Positions 45,023-49,923 of a stretch of 49,923 nucleotides of DNA are shown one piece after another; positions within the stretch are counted from its first letter, which is position 1, and each line of letters starts with the position of its first letter. The stretch covers positions 1-49,923 of the forward strand of contig CAITUB010000008.1 of NCBI GenBank assembly GCA_903895515.1, written 5' to 3'. Under the pieces are notes generated by a model, which was not told the origin of the DNA, ran no database searches, and worked only from the letters and a program-made list of their open reading frames with translations. The position numbers and the translations under genes were made by a program. This DNA is from an uncultured Acidimicrobium sp. Its GTDB lineage: Bacteria; Actinomycetota; Acidimicrobiia; Acidimicrobiales; Ilumatobacteraceae.

Positions 45023-45637
45023 ATGATTTCACTCATCAATGAGTTCTTTAACGGACTCAAGGATTTTTCTGATTCCTATTGGTTTTACGTCATTATCTTT
45101 GTTATCGCGGTGCTCGATTCCGTGATTCCAATCGTGCCCAGCGAAACATTGGTCATCATTGGTGGAGTTAGCGCTGGTTCGGGTTCGCTATCACTTGGAA
45201 TCGTTCTGTTATGTGCAGCGACTGGTGCATTTATTGGCGACCATGTTTCATACGAAATTGGGAAAAAGGCGAGCGCATTTGTTACCCGTCGTTATGAACG
45301 AACCGAAAAGGGCGCAAAGCGACTCAACGCAGTTATTCACCACATCAATGAACGTGGTGGATTACTGCTTGTGACTGCTCGCTTTATTCCAGGCGGGCGA
45401 ACGATCTTGACCCTGACCTGCGGTATTACCCACCAACGCCAACGATGGTTTTCGGGTTGGATTGCCGTCGCCACCATTATTTGGGCAACATATGCATCGT
45501 TGCTTGGGTTTATCGGCGGAAAGACATTTGCCGACAATCACACGCTGGCCTTTACCTTCGCTTTTGGTTGCGCCATTGGAGTTACGGGTGTGATTGAACT
45601 TGCGCGTTTCATTTTGAAAAAACGCAAGTCACAATAA
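45023..45637 (+). CDS. DedA family (VTT domain) membrane protein
   Basis: VIPIVPSETLVIIGG, RFIPGGRT. 204 aa. Confidence 0.8.
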   Translation: MISLINEFFNGLKDFSDSYWFYVIIFVIAVLDSVIPIVPSETLVIIGGVSAGSGSLSLGIVLLCAATGAFIGDHVSYEIGKKASAFVTRRYERTEKGAKRLNAVIHHINERGGLLLVTARFIPGGRTILTLTCGITHQRQRWFSGWIAVATIIWATYASLLGFIGGKTFADNHTLAFTFAFGCAIGVTGVIELARFILKKRKSQ

Positions 45638-45640
45638 GGC

Positions 45641-46318
45641 ATGCCCAGTTCGCCAACGTGGCCTGAAATTCCACGCAATGCATGTGTCGTCATTCCCGTT
45701 GGCTCTTTCGAACAACACGGTCCGCACTTACCGCTCGACACTGATACACAAATTGCAGTGCACCTGTGTACCGCTGCCACAAAAGGCATCAACCACGTCG
45801 TTATTGCCCCACCGCTGTCAATTACCGCAAGCGGCGAGCACGCAGGATTTCCAGGCACTATTTCTATTGGCACCGAAGCTCTCACCACAGTGATCGTTGA
45901 GCTAGTTCGATCTTGTGATTGGGCAAGTGGCGTGATCTTGGTGCATGGTCACGGTGGAAACTTGGCAGCCGTACAACGAGCAAATACGTTGTTGCATTCT
46001 GAGCAACGCAACATCGCTAGTTGGTGGCCACGCATTCAAGGAGCCGATGCCCATGCCGGACACACGGAGACCTCGCTTATGTTGGCAATTGATCCGCGCT
46101 TAGTTCGTGCCGACAAATTGAACGTGGGCAATGTGCAGCCGATGAGCGAAGTGCAACATGACTTGCAAACACAGGGAGTGAAAGCAGTGAGTGAAAATGG
46201 AATTCTTGGGGACGCTCGCATGGCAACCGCAGAACATGGCGAACAGTTGCTAGCAATGCTCACCGAAGACCTGCGCGCATTCATTCACGCCACTTGCACG
46301 CAATGGAACACTGCGTGA
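45641..46318 (+). CDS. mftE: mycofactocin precursor peptidase MftE (creatininase family)
   Basis: PVGSFEQHGPHLPLDTD, HGHGGN, HAGHTETS. It starts 3 nt after the dedA stop. Confidence 0.85.
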   Translation: MPSSPTWPEIPRNACVVIPVGSFEQHGPHLPLDTDTQIAVHLCTAATKGINHVVIAPPLSITASGEHAGFPGTISIGTEALTTVIVELVRSCDWASGVILVHGHGGNLAAVQRANTLLHSEQRNIASWWPRIQGADAHAGHTETSLMLAIDPRLVRADKLNVGNVQPMSEVQHDLQTQGVKAVSENGILGDARMATAEHGEQLLAMLTEDLRAFIHATCTQWNTA

Positions 46319-47709
46319 CAAGCACTGTTCGCTTCATCGCCGACAGTTCGTGGCGTCGGCCAGCAAACGGAAATGTTGTTCTTGCCGGTTCGCCACTGAA
46401 GTTGTTTTCCCTTTCGCAAGCCGGTCAGGCAATTGCCGAATGCATTGAGCGTGCACAGACTCTTCCTGTAGGTCATGAAGTCCTCACTGAACGATTGCTT
46501 GATGCTGGAGCAATTCACCCAGTTCCAAGCACAGTCGATTCTGCTCGCTTTGTGCTCAACACCGTTACTGCAGTTATTCCTGCCTGCATTCGCACTGCTC
46601 AAGAAGCAGAATCACTGCAGTCGCTCGTTACCTCATGCTCAGCACTGCATGGTGTTGTCGTCGTCGATGACTGCTCGCCACATGCACTTCCCAATCTTGG
46701 TGCGGCACGGGTAATCCGTCTCGAAAAGAACAGTGGACCCGCTGCCGCGCGCAATGCAGGTTTGGCGGTGGTTGATACTCAATTCATTGCCTATATCGAT
46801 GTCGATGTGGCGATTTCCTCCGACACCATTTCGACACTGCTGCCCTATTTCGCAGACGACAAAGTCGCACTCGTTGCACCCCGTGTGAAATCCCCCACAA
46901 CTGCAACCGTTCTTGGGGAATACGAAGCCGTCGCAAGTGTGCTCGACATGGGCGAAACCGAGGCTCGCGTGCGTGCTGGAACTCGCGTCAGTTACGTACC
47001 GTCTGCAATGTGGTTGTGTCGAACTGCATCGCTGCGCTCTATTTCTGGTTTTTCTGATTCACTTCGCTCTGGCGAAGACGTCGACGTGGTGTGGCGCCTC
47101 AACGATGCAGGATGGCGATGTCGCTACCAGCCACAAGCAGAGTGTTCGCATTTGCCTCGCACAACATTGCAGCAGTTCGCGCGACAACGCATGTCGTATG
47201 GAGAATCAGCTGCACCGCTCGCCAAACGACACACAGGGAAACTTGCGCCAGCAAAATTCAATGTGTGGCAAGCATCAACATGGCTCTTAGTTCTGCTCGG
47301 CATGCCATTCATTGCACTTGGAGTTGCAATTGTGGCTTCTGTATCAACTGCAAAGAAACTGAGAAGGTTTCCACAACTGCGTGATGAGAGTTTCCGCATC
47401 GCTCTGCATGGAACAGTACAAAGTGCTCAGACTGCTGCGAGCGCCATCAACCGCGTGTGGTGGCCAATTGCATTTGCGCTTGCATTATTTTCACAGCGAT
47501 TACGAGTGCTGTTCGTAGCTGCAGCACTCGCGCCTGCCGTGTACGAATGGTGGACCAAGCGACCACATCTCGATGTCGTACGTTTTGTGCTCATCAAAAT
47601 GTTGGACAACACCGCTTACGGAGCTGGCGTGTGGAAAGGCGTGATTGCTTCGCGAAATGTCGCGCCGCTTATTCCTACAGTGAAGAAGTCTGTAACGAAC
47701 GAGGAGTGA
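46303..47709 (+). CDS. mftF: mycofactocin system glycosyltransferase MftF (GT2)
   Basis: N-terminal RFIADSSWRRPANGNVVLAGSPLKLFSLS, then VVVDDCS, NSGPAAARNAG, DVDV, plus C-terminal TM helices. Start candidates are TTG 46294, ATG 46303 and GTG 46315 (GTGA overlap with the mftE stop). Confidence 0.85.
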   Translation: MEHCVTSTVRFIADSSWRRPANGNVVLAGSPLKLFSLSQAGQAIAECIERAQTLPVGHEVLTERLLDAGAIHPVPSTVDSARFVLNTVTAVIPACIRTAQEAESLQSLVTSCSALHGVVVVDDCSPHALPNLGAARVIRLEKNSGPAAARNAGLAVVDTQFIAYIDVDVAISSDTISTLLPYFADDKVALVAPRVKSPTTATVLGEYEAVASVLDMGETEARVRAGTRVSYVPSAMWLCRTASLRSISGFSDSLRSGEDVDVVWRLNDAGWRCRYQPQAECSHLPRTTLQQFARQRMSYGESAAPLAKRHTGKLAPAKFNVWQASTWLLVLLGMPFIALGVAIVASVSTAKKLRRFPQLRDESFRIALHGTVQSAQTAASAINRVWWPIAFALALFSQRLRVLFVAAALAPAVYEWWTKRPHLDVVRFVLIKMLDNTAYGAGVWKGVIASRNVAPLIPTVKKSVTNEE

Positions 47710-48172
47710 AGTTATTGCATTCCTCACACACTTCTTGAGGAATAACACCAAATTTCATTAAATATCCAAATGCAATGCAACCGAGGCACACGGCAAATGC
47801 GCTTTCCAGAAACGCTGCGACAACGAGTGCTGCAATGACAAGTTGCGAAGCACCGAATGCACCTGTGATGTACAACACAGATGCGGTAATGGTGAATGCT
47901 GCTCCAACACCTTGAGCAAATCGTTTTGGTGGACCAGGAACAAATCGATGCTGGAGTGAAAGCTTCGGCGTAATCACCTGTGTTGCCAATCGACCAAGTG
48001 GGCTAAATGTTGGGCCGGCCAGCACGCGAGCAATGAACCCATAAGTCAACGGAACAAGAATCCAGCCATTGCCAGTGATCGCAAACGCGATGCCCATGAG
48101 AACTGCACCACCAGCAACGATGCGAGCCGATGTCTCATTCACAGGGTTTGGGAAACTGAAGATTTTCGCCAT
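47675..48172 (-). CDS. DUF4395-like membrane protein
   Basis: FPNPVNETSARIVAGG N-terminus, about 4 TM helices and a Cys-rich C-terminus CLGC...CEEC. 165 aa. Confidence 0.55.
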   Translation of the reverse strand: MAKIFSFPNPVNETSARIVAGGAVLMGIAFAITGNGWILVPLTYGFIARVLAGPTFSPLGRLATQVITPKLSLQHRFVPGPPKRFAQGVGAAFTITASVLYITGAFGASQLVIAALVVAAFLESAFAVCLGCIAFGYLMKFGVIPQEVCEECNNFTPRSLQTSSL

Positions 48173-48232
48173 TCCATAAGCCTAAAGGTCAATTGTTGAC
48201 TTAACAAGTCGGCTTTTAACCGGTTGCCCGCG

Positions 48233-49216
48233 ATGCCCGAAAACAGTCAGATACCGTCAAGTGCAATGACTTTGTGCCTCACCGTGAATCGCCAAGCTTG
48301 GCTCGATCACGTTCGACTTACCGCTTCCCAGCACGGCACCACCCTGCCCGTAGTGAAGGGCAACGGCTACGGGTTTGGTCGCCCAATTCTGTTCGAACAG
48401 ACAGCACATCTTGCTGAGCATGTTGCAGTGGGAAACGTCTATGAAGCCACAGATGTTCCCGCATCGCTTTCTCCTGTTGTGCTCACACCTGTTGGCTCAC
48501 ATATTCCACATTCGCTCCCAACACGCTCAGTACTCACTGTTGGATCGCTCGATCACGTTGCATCGCTTCGCTCACACAATTGGCAAGGCAGTGTGCTCAT
48601 CAAGTTGCAGTCCACCATGCAACGCTTTGGCGTTTCCGGAGGCGACCTGGCTGCACTTCGTTCTGCATGCGAGCAGGCATCGCTCAATGTTGTTGGCTAT
48701 TCAATACACCCTCCACTAAATAACAATGGACAAGACCGCAGTGGCGAAGTGTCGTGTTGGCTAGAACTGTTAACCGATAATTTGCCAATTCACGTCAGTC
48801 ACCTCACTGCTGAGCAAATTGGTCTGTTGCGATCACAGTTTCCGAAGCGCACGTTTATTTCACGCATCGGAACGGCATTGTGGCTAGGTGACAAATCCAT
48901 GATGAAACTGACGGCCGAAGTACTCGACGTTCATCAAGTTGATGGTGGAACAGCTGGTTACCGATCAATCGCACTTCCTGGATCTGGACATCTCGTCATT
49001 GTCGGTGCAGGATCGGCGCACGGAGTAAGTGAAATTGTGGGGGTAGGAAGTCCGTTTCATTTTGCACAGCAACGCATTGCACTTGTTGAACCACCACACA
49101 TGCACAGCAGCATGCTGTTCTTTCCTGCAGGTCAAACCGTTCCGCGCATTGGCGATCAAGTTGACGTTCAGCAACCACTCACCCGCGTAAGCGCTGACAC
49201 CATTTCGTGGGAATAA
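48233..49216 (+). CDS. alanine racemase-fold (fold-type III PLP) protein, divergent
   Basis: LPVVKGNGYGFG resembles the alanine racemase PLP-Lys motif VVKANAYGHG. IKLQSTMQRFG resembles KVDTGMGRLG. Only ~328 aa and divergent elsewhere. Confidence 0.55.
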   Translation: MPENSQIPSSAMTLCLTVNRQAWLDHVRLTASQHGTTLPVVKGNGYGFGRPILFEQTAHLAEHVAVGNVYEATDVPASLSPVVLTPVGSHIPHSLPTRSVLTVGSLDHVASLRSHNWQGSVLIKLQSTMQRFGVSGGDLAALRSACEQASLNVVGYSIHPPLNNNGQDRSGEVSCWLELLTDNLPIHVSHLTAEQIGLLRSQFPKRTFISRIGTALWLGDKSMMKLTAEVLDVHQVDGGTAGYRSIALPGSGHLVIVGAGSAHGVSEIVGVGSPFHFAQQRIALVEPPHMHSSMLFFPAGQTVPRIGDQVDVQQPLTRVSADTISWE

Positions 49217-49923
49217 CAAGCAACACAATTCGTCCACCTCGAATTCCGAGTTTGGACGTCACTCGCGCCATAGCTCTCGTTGGCGTGGTGATCATGAACT
49301 ATCACGCCTACCTCAACACAGACAAGGCGTTTTACCCTCCGCATCCATCGTTTGCCGAGCGAGTGTTTAATCCACTATCTGGAATTCTGACCACTCGGTT
49401 TGCAGCAACATTTGTGCTCGTTGCAGGAATTGGCATTGCGCTTTTGGTGCAATCAGCAGTTCAGTCGGGAAACAGCGAACTTATCCACGCCACACAAATG
49501 AAGTTGGCTCGTCGGGGATTGTTTCTGTATGTCGTTGGCGCGGCTGTGCAGTGGATATGGCCGGGAACCATCCTGTTCTATTACGGCGCTTTCTTCCTCA
49601 TTTCAGCGGTTATTTGCACATGGTCAAACCGCAGCCTCATTGCTGTCTCGGCAATATCAATTGCAGTTTCAACCGGACTTTCCGCTTGGCGTGGATACCA
49701 GTTCTTTCAGGGCAACTTCACGCAGTGGCTGTCACCCACCCCCAATTCCCCGCGAAATCTATTGATTCGAACGTTTGTTGATTACACGCATCCAGTTTTC
49801 CCGTGGATCACATTCATCTGCGCCGGAATCATTCTGGGACGCAACATTCATCGGCTCGCACAATTACGCACACGCATCATGGTGTGGTCCGGTATCACGC
49901 TGTTTATCACCTTTGTTTTTCGT
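49207..49923 (+). CDS. DUF418/YeiB-like (acyltransferase-3-related) membrane protein, 3'-truncated by the window end
   Basis: Not in the ORF track because no stop lies in the window. The frame is open from 49198 to 49923. My translation is VGITSNTIRPPRIPSLDVTRAIALVGVVIMNYHAY..., with the R-x-x-SLDV-x-R motif and several TM helices. The putative GTG at 49207 overlaps the upstream stop. Confidence 0.55.
   Translation, partial: MGITSNTIRPPRIPSLDVTRAIALVGVVIMNYHAYLNTDKAFYPPHPSFAERVFNPLSGILTTRFAATFVLVAGIGIALLVQSAVQSGNSELIHATQMKLARRGLFLYVVGAAVQWIWPGTILFYYGAFFLISAVICTWSNRSLIAVSAISIAVSTGLSAWRGYQFFQGNFTQWLSPTPNSPRNLLIRTFVDYTHPVFPWITFICAGIILGRNIHRLAQLRTRIMVWSGITLFITFVFR

Noticed and set aside
1-49923. 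tRNA, rRNA, CRISPR arrays, riboswitches and IS elements
   Set aside because: No non-coding gap exceeds 121 nt. I saw no direct-repeat/spacer periodicity and no transposase- or integrase-like ORFs, and the gaps are too short for the known riboswitch classes upstream of tdh-kbl or the synthetase genes.

Overview
This is a compact chromosomal segment, about 97% coding by my gene calls. GC is about 50% in five 60-nt lines I hand-counted. It looks actinobacterial: mycofactocin genes, F420-class enzymes, an LCP protein and an HMGH/KMSKS ValS. I call about 50 protein genes. I see no rRNA, tRNA, CRISPR array, transposase or integrase, and no recognisable transcription factor; the largest non-coding gap is 121 nt. 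Housekeeping genes: ppa, engB, cysS, valS, plsY, tdh-kbl. Accessory content: five MFS transporters, a MacB-type ABC pair, two acyl-CoA dehydrogenases, several SDRs, a GH3 glycosidase, a membrane desaturase and an OafA-like acyltransferase. The main result is a mycofactocin (mft) locus at 41.6-47.7 kb. Its 49-codon precursor gene mftA (42819-42968, ending IDGMCGVY) is absent from the ORF track. The locus reads mftA-mftB-mftC-plsY-dedA-mftE-mftF, with no mftD, mftR or mftG anywhere in the window. It sits divergent to an NDMA-type Zn-ADH / MoxR / VWA operon. Other points: (1) the first ~640 nt are compositionally foreign (about 58% GC, GC3-rich codons, two trinucleotide repeats) and abut a short, degenerate cyclase-domain ORF; (2) an SDR gene is frameshifted at a (TG)3 run; (3) a Nei/Fpg-type glycosylase lacks the catalytic Pro2; (4) a perfect 10-bp hairpin encloses the SD and start codon of the ABC ATPase gene; (5) an open-ended ORF at the 3' edge is not in the track. 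All function calls come from motif recognition by eye. No searches were run, so family names are hypotheses that need HMM or BLAST confirmation.
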